From positions 1 through 41,035 of the forward strand of contig JBDRTG010000039.1 of assembly GCA_043824255.1 (NCBI GenBank): DNA of 41,035 bases, given 5' to 3'. The translations under genes and the position numbers were made by a program. Shown piece after piece: positions 27,657 to 37,286 of this stretch (the stretch's first letter is position 1; each line of letters opens with the position of its first letter). Below the pieces are notes generated by a model. It did not search any database and was not told the DNA's origin. It saw only the letters and a program-made list of their open reading frames with translations. The stretch comes from a bacterium. Its GTDB lineage: Bacteria > JAHJDO01.

Positions 27657-29234
27657 ATGAAAACCTTAAACTTTTTTGATTCCAATGAAATTTTGGGACA
27701 GCCTGTATTTTCAAGTTCTACAGGCAGATTCAGGTCATATCTGAGTGCCGGGAAAATTCTGGAGGAAATGGACCGTTTTGGAATTGATTGTGCTCTTGTA
27801 TCGCATTGGGATGCAATTAATGATCATCCATCTAGCGGCAATGCAAAATTGATAGAAGAGATTAAAGGGCATAATAGATTATTTCCATGCTGGTTTGTTA
27901 TCCCTCATCACACAGGAGAAATGCCTGAACCGAAGAAACTGATCAAAGAAATGATCTCCAAAAATGTCAGAGCAGTAAGATTATTCCCAATATTCCATAA
28001 CTTCAGTATGGAAGAGTGGTCTGTGGGGCCTTTGCTTGAGGAACTTGAGAAGAAGAATATCCTTGCTATTGTTCACTGTCCTGCGAATAAGTTGTATGAC
28101 ATCTGTAAAAAGCATAAAGAGCTTAATATTGTGGGATTAGCTCCATTAAGAGAACTTTATCCTCTTCTTGAAAAATTCGATAATTTATACGCTTCTCTGG
28201 AATACTATCCTGATAACAATCTGGTAGAGGATATATGCAGACGTTTTGGTGCGCACAGACTTATATTTGGAACAAGACAGAAGGATCCATATGACACTCA
28301 TTCTAATGTTTCAGCTGACTGGGTATCCGGGCCGACAAAGGCTATGGTTGAGTATGCTGCTATTAGTGATAAAGAAAAACAAATGATAGCAGGAGGTAAT
28401 TTAAAAAGGTTATTAGGAGGCTTATCCGTGCCGTCTGTCAAACATAAGCCGCTTCCGAAACTCCCCTGCCCCATCATTGATTCTCACTTTCATTTAGGTG
28501 ATATTGCGTATAAGTACAAATCGGGGACTGATGTAGGCTCAATAATTAAAACTATGGATATTATAGGAGTAAATAAACTATGCATAAATTCCACAAGTGC
28601 TGTTAACGGTGGAAATCACTATGAAGGTAATAATTATATCGGGTCTATATGTAAAAAATATCCTGAGAGATTTATTGGGTTTGCCGTAATTAACCCTAAT
28701 TTCAATGATACTGAGGATGAAATCAAGAGATGTATTGAGGTATTGGGGCTCAAAGGGATAAAAATTCACCCGCGACTTCACGCTTGCAAACTCACAGATG
28801 AGAAATTCAAGCCTGTCTGGGAAGCTTCTGAAAAATATAGTATTCCTATACTTGCGCATACTGGAGAAGGACAATTTGGAAGCAGTCCGGAAGCATTTGA
28901 GCACATATCCCAAAAGTATCCAAAAGGAATATTTTTACTCGGTCATTCCGGAGATAATCTGGAGGGACTACAAATATGCATGAAAATTGCGAAAAAACGG
29001 AAGAATGTTTATCTTGGAACCTCTGATATTGTGTTTGCATATAATGGAATGCTGGAATATGCGGTCAAGCAAATTGGTGCGGATAAAATCCTGTTTGAAT
29101 CCGATGCCTGTTACATTGATTCCAGGTATTCACTGGGTATTATTCTCTATGCACGTATAACCGACAAGGATAAAGCCAGGATACTTGGTCTTAACATGGC
29201 AAGGATATTAAAATTGAAACATTGCAGAGGATAA
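27657..29234 (+). CDS. Tandem two-domain amidohydrolase (Amidohydro_2 family)
   Basis: Domain 1: FDSN...RLIFGT...IAGGNLKRLL. Domain 2: IDSHFH, GIKIHP, LAHTG, LGHSG, ILFESD, ILGLNMARIL. Confidence 0.85.
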   Translation: MKTLNFFDSNEILGQPVFSSSTGRFRSYLSAGKILEEMDRFGIDCALVSHWDAINDHPSSGNAKLIEEIKGHNRLFPCWFVIPHHTGEMPEPKKLIKEMISKNVRAVRLFPIFHNFSMEEWSVGPLLEELEKKNILAIVHCPANKLYDICKKHKELNIVGLAPLRELYPLLEKFDNLYASLEYYPDNNLVEDICRRFGAHRLIFGTRQKDPYDTHSNVSADWVSGPTKAMVEYAAISDKEKQMIAGGNLKRLLGGLSVPSVKHKPLPKLPCPIIDSHFHLGDIAYKYKSGTDVGSIIKTMDIIGVNKLCINSTSAVNGGNHYEGNNYIGSICKKYPERFIGFAVINPNFNDTEDEIKRCIEVLGLKGIKIHPRLHACKLTDEKFKPVWEASEKYSIPILAHTGEGQFGSSPEAFEHISQKYPKGIFLLGHSGDNLEGLQICMKIAKKRKNVYLGTSDIVFAYNGMLEYAVKQIGADKILFESDACYIDSRYSLGIILYARITDKDKARILGLNMARILKLKHCRG

Positions 29235-29236
29235 GC

Positions 29237-30001
29237 ATGCGATTAAAAGATAAAGTTGCTGTTATCACTGGAGCTGGTACTGGAATGGGAAAAGCTGTAG
29301 CTCTCCGCTTTAGTAAAGAAGGAGCAAAAGTTGTTGTGGCTGATATCAATGAAAAAAATGGGAAAGACACAGTAGCCTCTATTACAAAAGCTGGAAAGGA
29401 TGCGATTTTTATCAAAGCTGATGTTTCCAAAACAAAAGAAGTAAAAAATATGTTCAAGATAACTATTGAAAAATATGGAGCCTTGCACATTCTCTATAAC
29501 AATGCTGGAATCTTCCTCAGGGGAATTGATAACTGTGTAACCGAGGTTTCAGAAGAAACATGGGATAGATTTATGAATGTTAATTTGAAAAGCGTATTTC
29601 TTTGTTGCAAGTATGGCATTCCAAAAATAATAAAAAGCGGAGGTGGTTCTGTAATTAATATTTCTTCAAGTGCTGGTATAATTGCATCGAAAAACGTTGA
29701 CAGTTATACTGCGACTAAGGGAGCAATTATCTCTTTAACACGGTCTATGGCTGCCGAATACGCTCCGCAGAAAGTTTGCGTAAATTGCATTGTTCCGTGT
29801 GGAATTGATACTCCCATGCTCGATGAAAGCAGAGAAAAACCAGACTGGGACGAAAAAAAGCACTTATCTAAAATTCCAGCAAGAAGATTTGGGAAACCGG
29901 AAGAGGTAGCTAATATGGCTCTGTTCCTGGCATCAGACGAAGCATCCTATGTTATAGGAGCCATTTTCGTAATTGATGGAGGAATAACATCTTCCCTTTA
30001 A
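29237..30001 (+). CDS. Short-chain dehydrogenase/reductase
   Basis: TGAGTGMG, NNAG, YTATK (YxxxK), IDGG. Confidence 0.93.
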   Translation: MRLKDKVAVITGAGTGMGKAVALRFSKEGAKVVVADINEKNGKDTVASITKAGKDAIFIKADVSKTKEVKNMFKITIEKYGALHILYNNAGIFLRGIDNCVTEVSEETWDRFMNVNLKSVFLCCKYGIPKIIKSGGGSVINISSSAGIIASKNVDSYTATKGAIISLTRSMAAEYAPQKVCVNCIVPCGIDTPMLDESREKPDWDEKKHLSKIPARRFGKPEEVANMALFLASDEASYVIGAIFVIDGGITSSL

Positions 30002-30181
30002 TCAATTCTCTTTTGGCACGTAATCCACTGCTTCATCAATCATCATAACAGGGATACCTTCTTTTATTGGATAGTATTTCTTACAAGCGTCGCAAACAAG
30101 TTTGTCCTCGTCTTCAAGCCTTATATCCCCTTTGCATTTTGGACACGCTAAGATGTCCAGAAGCTCTTTGTCTATAGCCAT
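30002..30181 (-). CDS. Trm112/YcaR-family small protein (59 aa; absent from the ORF track)
   Basis: Manual translation MAIDKELLDILACPKCKGDIRLEDEDKLVCDACKKYYPIKEGIPVMMIDEAVDYVPKEN*; AAGGAG RBS. Confidence 0.92.
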   Translation of the reverse strand: MAIDKELLDILACPKCKGDIRLEDEDKLVCDACKKYYPIKEGIPVMMIDEAVDYVPKEN

Positions 30182-30203
30182 AGTATTTTTCTCCTTTTAT
30201 CTG

Positions 30204-31301
30204 TTAAACAAATTCTCTTTTATAAACATCCAGGGTTTTCCTGGCAGTATCTTGCCAGTTGAATTTCTCTATTTGCTTTATGCCCATCTTTATCATATTC
30301 TCTCTCAACTTGCTATCAGAAATAATTTTTTCTATTGCTTTAGCCAGGGAATCTACATCGTTAGGCTCTACAGTTATACCTGCATTACCAACAACTTCAG
30401 GCATTGAGGATACATTGGATGTTACAACAGGCACTCTGCTTGCCATTGCTTCTACAAGCGGCAAGCCAAATCCTTCATAAAGAGATGGGAAAACAAATAC
30501 GTCACATATCTGGTAAAGAGGTGGTAAATCCTCAAAATCTATGTTCTGAATGCAAATTACATCTTCGGCTACATTAAACTGCTCTGAATAAATCTGCAGT
30601 TCTTCAACTCTCTCTTTTTCCCCTCCAACCAGAAGAAGTTTTTGCTCTATACCTTTTTCCCTGAGTTTTGAATATGCTTCAATAAGTGTCTCAATATTTT
30701 TGTGCGCCTTCATATTGCTTACATTAAGTATGTATTTTGCGTGCAGGTTTAGTTTATGTCTCAGCTTTTCACATTCTTCTTGGGAAGCGTCTTTCTTGAA
30801 GATTTCAGAGACCCCGTTATAGATCACAATAACCTTATCTTCTTTTACACCTAAATAATTTACTATGTCAGCTTTTGTGCTTTCAGATACAGCTATTATC
30901 TTTTTGGCTCTTATAGCCATCAGCTTAAACAACGACTTGGCATAAAAATATGCAGCCCTGGATTTGAGAAATTGAGGGAAAATAAGATGTATTAGATCAT
31001 GAACAGTAACTATCATTTCTCCCTCATATATAACAGGGATATTGTAGTGCGGGCAATGCAGAAACTCTACATTCCATAACTTTAAAGGCTCAACAACCTG
31101 CTCACTTACGCCATAAATCGGAGAAGAAAACTCCTTTATGGAAACATTAGGTCTTTGAGTGTATTTAGAAAGCGCTTCCTTTTTGCCCAACAAAATATAG
31201 GTGTTAGACTTATCAATATCGAGGATATTTGTAAGCAGATTTTTTGTATAAGTGCCAATACCTGAGTGTAAAATCATTCTGGCATCTATTGCAATACGCA
31301 A
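30204..31301 (-). CDS. GT4 glycosyltransferase (MtfB/WbaZ-like)
   Basis: RIAIDAR, TVHDL, HKN, FPSLYEGFGLPLVEAMA. Confidence 0.92.
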   Translation of the reverse strand: MRIAIDARMILHSGIGTYTKNLLTNILDIDKSNTYILLGKKEALSKYTQRPNVSIKEFSSPIYGVSEQVVEPLKLWNVEFLHCPHYNIPVIYEGEMIVTVHDLIHLIFPQFLKSRAAYFYAKSLFKLMAIRAKKIIAVSESTKADIVNYLGVKEDKVIVIYNGVSEIFKKDASQEECEKLRHKLNLHAKYILNVSNMKAHKNIETLIEAYSKLREKGIEQKLLLVGGEKERVEELQIYSEQFNVAEDVICIQNIDFEDLPPLYQICDVFVFPSLYEGFGLPLVEAMASRVPVVTSNVSSMPEVVGNAGITVEPNDVDSLAKAIEKIISDSKLRENMIKMGIKQIEKFNWQDTARKTLDVYKREFV

Positions 31302-31303
31302 GA

Positions 31304-32506
31304 CTAATCCTTTCTTATAGTGTCTTTTATTATTTTATCCAGATTATCAACATGAAGTTTCCATGTATAATTATTCTCTACAGATTCTCTTGCCTTCTTT
31401 CCCATTCGGGAAGCATTAAGAGGATTCTTAGCAAGATTAATGATTGCCTCTGCTATTTTAGAGGGGTCTTCAGCAGGTGTTATAAAACCTGTTTCCCCGT
31501 TGATAACAATCTTAGGAAGCGGGTCATAAGAAACAGTAATAACAGGAAGGCCTGATGCCATGTATTCAAATATCTTAAGAGGAGACCAGAAGAATCCGAA
31601 ATCTTTTAATGGCTTATAATATGCTGCATTGTAAGGCGCAATGCCTACATCAGATACCGCCATAAAGTATGGCATCATTTCATATTTCTGCGTGCCGGTA
31701 AAAACTGCATACTGGCTCAAATGCATATCTCTGATTTTAGCTTTTACTTCATCCAGACACTCTCCTCCGCCAACAAAGAGGAACTGCACATTTTTAGCTT
31801 TGCTGACCACAGCTTTAACAAGTTCCGGGAGGTCAAGTGCACCATGCCACTTTCTAAATGTGCCTGCAAACACTATCGTAAACTTGTTCTCCAGATTGTA
31901 TATTTTCCTAATGTTATTTGCTTTGTCTGTGTTTCGCAGTTCAGGCCTGAACATATCTGTATTTGCTGCCCACCTAACCTGCTCTGTTTTTAGGCGGGCA
32001 TGTTCAGGGACAACTGTAAGTGAAGTAGCTATAACCTTTTTTGCCTGTCTGAATTGAATATCTCTCCAGGTTCTAAGAATATTAATAGTTGTTTTACATG
32101 TAATATTATATCTCCATATAAGCTCTTCAGTATGAGGGCTGTTTACCTCAAGTATAAGCGGAATTTTCTTAAGCTTTGAATATATAGTTCCCACTCCGCC
32201 AAAGGTAACATATCTTTCAATGATTATATCAAAATTTCTAATCAGTAGTTGCGGAAGCAATTTAAGACCTGCGATAGAGAGAATCTTATTTGAATATTGC
32301 ATGTTAGTGCGAAGGAGTTTCACTCCTTTTAAGTATTCGGAATGTGCTAATGTTCCTTGCTTTTGTGAGATTAAAGTTACTTCATATCCAAGTTTACATA
32401 GATTTGAAGCAACCTCCCAAACATGCACTGAGCCGCCGTTATTCCCAGGCACAGTCTCTCCGGTTATGTATAAAACCTCAGGGTTTTTAATCCTCTTAAT
32501 ACTCAT
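31304..32506 (-). CDS. GT4 glycosyltransferase
   Basis: GGSVHV, LEVN, FAGTFRKWHG, SPLKIFEYMASG. Confidence 0.9.
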   Translation of the reverse strand: MSIKRIKNPEVLYITGETVPGNNGGSVHVWEVASNLCKLGYEVTLISQKQGTLAHSEYLKGVKLLRTNMQYSNKILSIAGLKLLPQLLIRNFDIIIERYVTFGGVGTIYSKLKKIPLILEVNSPHTEELIWRYNITCKTTINILRTWRDIQFRQAKKVIATSLTVVPEHARLKTEQVRWAANTDMFRPELRNTDKANNIRKIYNLENKFTIVFAGTFRKWHGALDLPELVKAVVSKAKNVQFLFVGGGECLDEVKAKIRDMHLSQYAVFTGTQKYEMMPYFMAVSDVGIAPYNAAYYKPLKDFGFFWSPLKIFEYMASGLPVITVSYDPLPKIVINGETGFITPAEDPSKIAEAIINLAKNPLNASRMGKKARESVENNYTWKLHVDNLDKIIKDTIRKD

Positions 32507-33177
32507 ATTAATCTGTGTTCCTTAAAACTGAAATAGCCTTCAAATCCTATAATAATGTGATCCAGCACATTAACATCTACAGTACCAAGCGCTTTAATCA
32601 ATACCTGTGTTATGTTCTTATCGTCCTCTGAAGGCGTAAGACTTCCTCCGGGATGATTATGTGCAAGAATAACAGATACAGCTTTGTTCCCTAAAGCATG
32701 TTCCACTACCTTGCGAGGGTAAACCACTGCTTTATTTACAGTACCAACGTGTATTGTCTCTACTTTAACAGGTCTGTTAGCAGTATTAAGGAAAATAACC
32801 TTAAAGATTTCATCCTTAGCTCCTCTTAATGAAGCTTGTAAGTAATCATAGACTGCTTTTGGCGAAGATATTATATTCTCTTGTTCCAGAAGGTCCTCCA
32901 GTAGGTATAAGGAAACGACCTCTTTAAACAGGTTAATAAGCATACCTGCATTTGTGCCTATCCCATTTACTGTATTTAGCACTTCTATTTCTGCATCAAA
33001 GACCCCTCTAATACTTTTGAATTTTTTGAGCAATGTTTTAGCGATTGGTTTTGTATCCTTGCGAGGTATTGCATAAGTGAGTATCAACTCAAGAATTTCA
33101 TAATCATGCCAATTGCCAAATCCGCTCTTTAGGTACTTTTCTCTAATTCTCTGTCTATGACCCAAATAGTTGGGCAT
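32503..33177 (-). CDS. radC: RadC/UPF0758 JAB-domain protein
   Basis: GHRQR.R, DYEILEL.L, HhH GIG, E...GTVN..VVYPR, HNHPGG...S..D, LDHIII. Confidence 0.92.
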   Translation of the reverse strand: MPNYLGHRQRIREKYLKSGFGNWHDYEILELILTYAIPRKDTKPIAKTLLKKFKSIRGVFDAEIEVLNTVNGIGTNAGMLINLFKEVVSLYLLEDLLEQENIISSPKAVYDYLQASLRGAKDEIFKVIFLNTANRPVKVETIHVGTVNKAVVYPRKVVEHALGNKAVSVILAHNHPGGSLTPSEDDKNITQVLIKALGTVDVNVLDHIIIGFEGYFSFKEHRLI

Positions 33178-34238
33178 TATAATTTGTTTTCTACCGCTTT
33201 GCATACTTCCTCAACAGTTATTGCATCCATACAATAGTGTTTATCCTGCTTGCAAACAGGTTTCTTGCAGCCCAGACAAAAGGCGTCTTCTTTCTGTATG
33301 ACTATATGCTCCTCTCCATACGGCCGCCATATCTTGGGATCCCCGGGCCCGAATAAAGCAATGACCGGAGTATTAACTGCAGAAGCAATATGAGTTGCAG
33401 ATGTGTCAATACTTACCAAAAGATTTGCTCTTCTAAGAAGCTCTGCATATTGGGCAAGGTTCATTCTGCAATTTGCGACTATCGGCTTAGCGTGCATATT
33501 GTTCTCTATTTCTTTTATTAAATCAGCATCATCAGATCCTCCTGATATGCACAGTTTTGCTTTAAGCTTTTCTACTATAAAATCTCCAACTTGTGCAAAT
33601 CTATCTGAGTCCCACTGATAAGAGGTGCTGCTTCCAGGATGTATGCACACAAGAGTATCTGCTTGCAGTACATTGTGCTCTTTTAGAAAATTTTTACACC
33701 ACTTCTGGTTTTTATATGATTCTTTAATATGAGGTCGCTGCTCTTTAACAGAGAATCCTGCCCTTTCTATGAGTTTTAGCCAGCTATCTACTTCATGAGA
33801 TACTTTTATTGAGTCCGAGTATTCCAGCATGGGTCTGTTCCAGTAAAGAGGTGCTTTCATCTTGTCTGTCAATAAGAATCCTCTGCAGCGATAGTTATAG
33901 CCTATGCGCCTCTTTGCATTAGCCCAAAATGCTATAAGATTGCTGGTAAGCCTTGTATCCAGAACTATTGCAAGGTCATAGCCATGAATTGGCAGGCTCT
34001 TAGCAAATCTCCATATTGAAAATGGATTTCTCCCATTTTTTTTACAGTCAAAATACACGATATTATCAGCAAGCTCCTGACCTTCAACAATTGATTTGAG
34101 ATCAGTAGAGGCAACCAAAGTTATATGCGCATCAGGCAAATTTTCTCTAACTGCTCTTATCGCGGGGAATGTTACAACTGTATCCCCTATACGCAGGAGG
34201 TCTACTATTAAAATATTCTTAAGTCCTGAAATATTCAT
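33177..34238 (-). CDS. GT9 LPS heptosyltransferase-like glycosyltransferase
   Basis: ILIV...IGD, HPG...W, DTS..HIASA...P.IALFGP, C..C....C....CM. Confidence 0.9.
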   Translation of the reverse strand: MNISGLKNILIVDLLRIGDTVVTFPAIRAVRENLPDAHITLVASTDLKSIVEGQELADNIVYFDCKKNGRNPFSIWRFAKSLPIHGYDLAIVLDTRLTSNLIAFWANAKRRIGYNYRCRGFLLTDKMKAPLYWNRPMLEYSDSIKVSHEVDSWLKLIERAGFSVKEQRPHIKESYKNQKWCKNFLKEHNVLQADTLVCIHPGSSTSYQWDSDRFAQVGDFIVEKLKAKLCISGGSDDADLIKEIENNMHAKPIVANCRMNLAQYAELLRRANLLVSIDTSATHIASAVNTPVIALFGPGDPKIWRPYGEEHIVIQKEDAFCLGCKKPVCKQDKHYCMDAITVEEVCKAVENKL

Positions 34239-35382
34239 AATTTTTTATTTTTTCTATGGAAACAGCAGAGATATTTTTATCTAATGGATAATTTTCTGTG
34301 CCTGGATAAATAACCCATAGATGACTTAATGAAAGTTCGCTCATGGCAAACTTCATTGACTTGGTTAATCTCGGCGCTTCATCATATTTTACTTCAATAC
34401 CCCACAGCTTGCCTTTTTTCGCAAAAACCAGATCTAGTTCTGCTCCTGTGTGAACTGCCCAAAAGAAGGTTTCTTCCTCTCTTAAATTTAGATGCTCAAT
34501 TGCTTGTTGAATAGCAAATCCTTCCCATGAAGCTCCCAGCTTTGGATATGTTGTTACTGCGTTATAATTATCCAAAGAGAGTAAAGCATGAAGAATACCT
34601 GAATCCCTAAAATACATCTTAGGTCTTTTGACAATTCTCTTTTTGGTATTATAGTACCATGGCTGCAGTTGTCGGACAACAAAGGTTCCGGATAGAAGAT
34701 CCAAATATCGTCTGGCTGTGTTATCCGATATAGACAGACTTCTACCAATCTCTGATGCATTAAAAATCTGACCGTGATAATGGGCTAACATCATCCAAAA
34801 TTGTCTTAGTGTTCTGGCAGGTATTCTAATCCCTAGATTTGGGATATCTCTCTCAAGAAAGGTTGTAACGAAATCCTGTCTCCACTGAAATGAAGACTGC
34901 TCGCTTCCGGCAAGGAATGAGCGTGGAAATCCTCCTCTTATCCACAGTTTTTTTATGTCAGCAACAGCAGACAAATGCTCTATAGAAAATCCTCCCATTT
35001 CAATATAACTGATTCTTCCTGCTAAAGACTCCGAGCTTTGAACAATAAGGTCCCGTGAGGCACTGCCAAGTATAATGTATTTTGCCGATGAATTCTTATC
35101 AACAAGAACACGTAATACGGGGAAAAGATCAGGTTTTCTTTGTATCTCATCAATAACTATAAAACCTTTTAAGTTTCCAAATGCCAATGTAGGATTTTCG
35201 AGTCTGGCCAAATGGCGTGGATCTTCAAGGTCAAAGAAGTGAACTTCTTCTGAAACATTCCGTGAAAATTGTTTGGACAACGTTGTTTTTCCACATTGTC
35301 TGGGTCCTAAAATTGCAACAACAGGATTTTCTTTCAGCCTCTCTTTCAGCAGCTTCAATTCTTTTACCCGGTTAATCTCCAT
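34219..35382 (-). CDS. AAA_14 ATPase with DUF4143 and C-terminal PD-(D/E)xK-like motif
   Basis: GPRQCGKT, IDEIQ, LGSAS, ESLAGR, RGGFP, K.PK.YFRDSG, ELDLV...IEVK. Confidence 0.92.
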   Translation of the reverse strand: MEINRVKELKLLKERLKENPVVAILGPRQCGKTTLSKQFSRNVSEEVHFFDLEDPRHLARLENPTLAFGNLKGFIVIDEIQRKPDLFPVLRVLVDKNSSAKYIILGSASRDLIVQSSESLAGRISYIEMGGFSIEHLSAVADIKKLWIRGGFPRSFLAGSEQSSFQWRQDFVTTFLERDIPNLGIRIPARTLRQFWMMLAHYHGQIFNASEIGRSLSISDNTARRYLDLLSGTFVVRQLQPWYYNTKKRIVKRPKMYFRDSGILHALLSLDNYNAVTTYPKLGASWEGFAIQQAIEHLNLREEETFFWAVHTGAELDLVFAKKGKLWGIEVKYDEAPRLTKSMKFAMSELSLSHLWVIYPGTENYPLDKNISAVSIEKIKNYEYFRT

Positions 35383-35405
35383 ATAATCCTCCGTAAATAT
35401 CCATA

Positions 35406-35450
35406 ATTATACCATGAAATTTCGACACGTCAAGTCGAATTTGCATGGTA
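35406..35450 (-). promoter_or_regulatory. Sigma70 promoter embedded in a 41-bp inverted repeat
   Basis: Minus strand TTGACG-N16-TATAAT (TGn extended); IR arms at 35410-35426 and 35434-35450 match 15/17. Confidence 0.75.
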
Positions 35451-35530
35451 GTTTTTACAGAGCAAAAAAATACTAACATACGAAGGCTGAAAAACATGAG
35501 TAACTCTCACAGCAAGATATTTCTATTTTA

Positions 35531-35583
35531 GCTTGACAGTGGTTGACAAATCCCTTGACACATATAAAATTCTTCACTATCTT
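35531..35583 (+). promoter_or_regulatory. Sigma70 promoter with triple TTGACA repeat
   Basis: TTGACA at 35533, 35543 and 35555; the last is 17 bp from TATCTT (35578-35583). Confidence 0.65.
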
Positions 35584-35684
35584 GAACACAATAAAAATGG
35601 TAACTGCTGAACTGAAATCAATAGAATCTAAAGGGATTTCCAAAATTTAGGAAATCGATAGGCAGGGAGGATGGATTATATCTG

Positions 35685-37037
35685 TTGACCGCTGAGTTAA
35701 TAGGTTACGAAGGAGAGCCGCGTTCCTTATTTGTAGTTTCCACTAAGAAAATAAAGCTAATCCAGATACAGAGAAGAAAGCATATCCGACTACCGGCTCC
35801 TGTTCCGATAAAGTGCGAATCACCGGTTATTGGCGATTTGGGTAACAAGTGGGCGATTGATATAAGCATTGGAGGCGTATCGCTTTCGCGCTTCAAGTAT
35901 AACGAACTTAAAGAAGGTGATAAATTAAAATTACAGCCATTTATCAGGATAGATGGTTGTTGCCCCATTGTACATGGAGAGGTAATTAGAATTATTCCCC
36001 ATACGGATAAAAAATGGGAGGATGTTGTTCTTAAAATTATCCAAGAAGAGAATAACAAGTGGGGACAGGTCATAGATTATCTTGCAGAAATTCAAGTATT
36101 AAAGTTTGGACTTTTTCCCGGAGAACTGGTGGGTAATAGTGATGCGATAAAGAATGTTTTTCTTCAGATAGATGCAGTCGCAAGAAGCGATATCACTGTG
36201 CTTATTTTAGGAGAGAGCGGGACAGGCAAGGAACTTACTGCCCGCGCAATACATTCAAGGAGCAGCCGGAGAGAGAAACCATTTGTCGCTGTAAACTGTT
36301 CCTCAATATATGAATCACTGCTTGAAAGCGAGCTCTTTGGCCATGTAAAGGGAGCCTTTACAGGCGCTCACCGCGACCATGAGGGGCTGTTCTGCGCAGC
36401 TAATGGCGGGACACTCTTTTTGGATGAGATAATGGAAATATCGCCCAAAATACAGATTAAGCTGCTGCGCTCTCTTGAACAAAAGGAGATAAAACCTGTT
36501 GGAAGCGCTAAAACAAAGAATGTTGACGTTCGCATTGTTTCCGCAACTAATAGAAATATTGATACTGCTTTATCTTCCGGCAGTATAAGAGAGGACTTTT
36601 TTTATCGGTTGTGCGGAATGCAGATATTCATCCCGTCGCTCAGGGAGAGAAAAGAAGATATCTTTTTATTGATTGCTTACTTTATGAATTATTTCCAGAA
36701 GAAACATAAGAATATAATTAAATTTGTTACTTCAGAGGCTATGAATGCCCTTTATGAATATGACTGGCCCGGGAATGCAAGAGAATTGCAGAATGTAATT
36801 GAGAGGGCTATAGTTTTAGAAAAGACTGACTCCATAAAACTGTCCAGCTTACCCCGCAGTTTATTGTCTCACTATTCTGTTCCGATTGAGCATTTCCCGA
36901 CATTAAGGGAATCGGAAGACGAGTTAATAAGAGCTGTTTTAATGTCTGTCAATGGCAATAAGAAAAGGGCCTCAGCGATACTTAAGATTTCCCGTCAGGC
37001 GCTTTACAAAAAGATGGGCCGGTTGAACATAAAATAA
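35685..37037 (+). CDS. Sigma54-dependent enhancer-binding protein with N-terminal PilZ domain and Fis-type HTH
   Basis: QRRKHIR and DISIGG PilZ motifs; [34 protein letters not shown]-terminal GNK..AS.IL.ISR..LY. Start codon uncertain. Confidence 0.9.
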   Translation: MTAELIGYEGEPRSLFVVSTKKIKLIQIQRRKHIRLPAPVPIKCESPVIGDLGNKWAIDISIGGVSLSRFKYNELKEGDKLKLQPFIRIDGCCPIVHGEVIRIIPHTDKKWEDVVLKIIQEENNKWGQVIDYLAEIQVLKFGLFPGELVGNSDAIKNVFLQIDAVARSDITVLILGESGTGKELTARAIHSRSSRREKPFVAVNCSSIYESLLESELFGHVKGAFTGAHRDHEGLFCAANGGTLFLDEIMEISPKIQIKLLRSLEQKEIKPVGSAKTKNVDVRIVSATNRNIDTALSSGSIREDFFYRLCGMQIFIPSLRERKEDIFLLIAYFMNYFQKKHKNIIKFVTSEAMNALYEYDWPGNARELQNVIERAIVLEKTDSIKLSSLPRSLLSHYSVPIEHFPTLRESEDELIRAVLMSVNGNKKRASAILKISRQALYKKMGRLNIK

Positions 37038-37051
37038 GCGCAGCAACTAAT

Positions 37052-37160
37052 TGTGTAACCCATGTCAACATAAGTTACACATTGCTATATTTGTTCTATC
37101 TCCTTGAATGCCCGTCACTTAGAACTATTCTTTCAAACCACGTGTCAAGTATGTTGACAC
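37052..37160. promoter_or_regulatory. Putative upstream activator sequences (bEBP sites)
   Basis: GTGTCAA-GTATG-TTGACAC perfect palindrome (37142-37160) and TGTCAA-CATAA-GTTACA (37063-37079) nested in TGTGTAAC...GTTACACA; about 65-170 bp upstream of the -24 box. Confidence 0.65.
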
Positions 37161-37223
37161 TTTCTGCTTTTCATACATCCGCTCATTTTCTCATTTGCCG
37201 TTGACGGATACTGTTTTTGAAAG

Positions 37224-37240
37224 TTGGCACGGAAATTGCT
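37224..37240 (+). promoter_or_regulatory. Sigma54 -24/-12 promoter
   Basis: TTGGCACGGAAATTGCT matches TGGCACG-N4-TTGC(A/T). Confidence 0.9.
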
Positions 37241-37286
37241 CCCTATTATGGGGAAGAAGTTAGAATATAAAGAGGAGAGTAAAATT

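Noticed and set aside
30102..30407. 101-aa plus-strand ORF
   Set aside because: Antisense shadow of the Trm112 and GT4 genes.
32503..35382. radC plus AAA-DUF4143 as an anti-phage defence system
   Set aside because: They are separated by GT9, radC is the full-length housekeeping type, and no E1/E2, cyclase or other defence partners are present.
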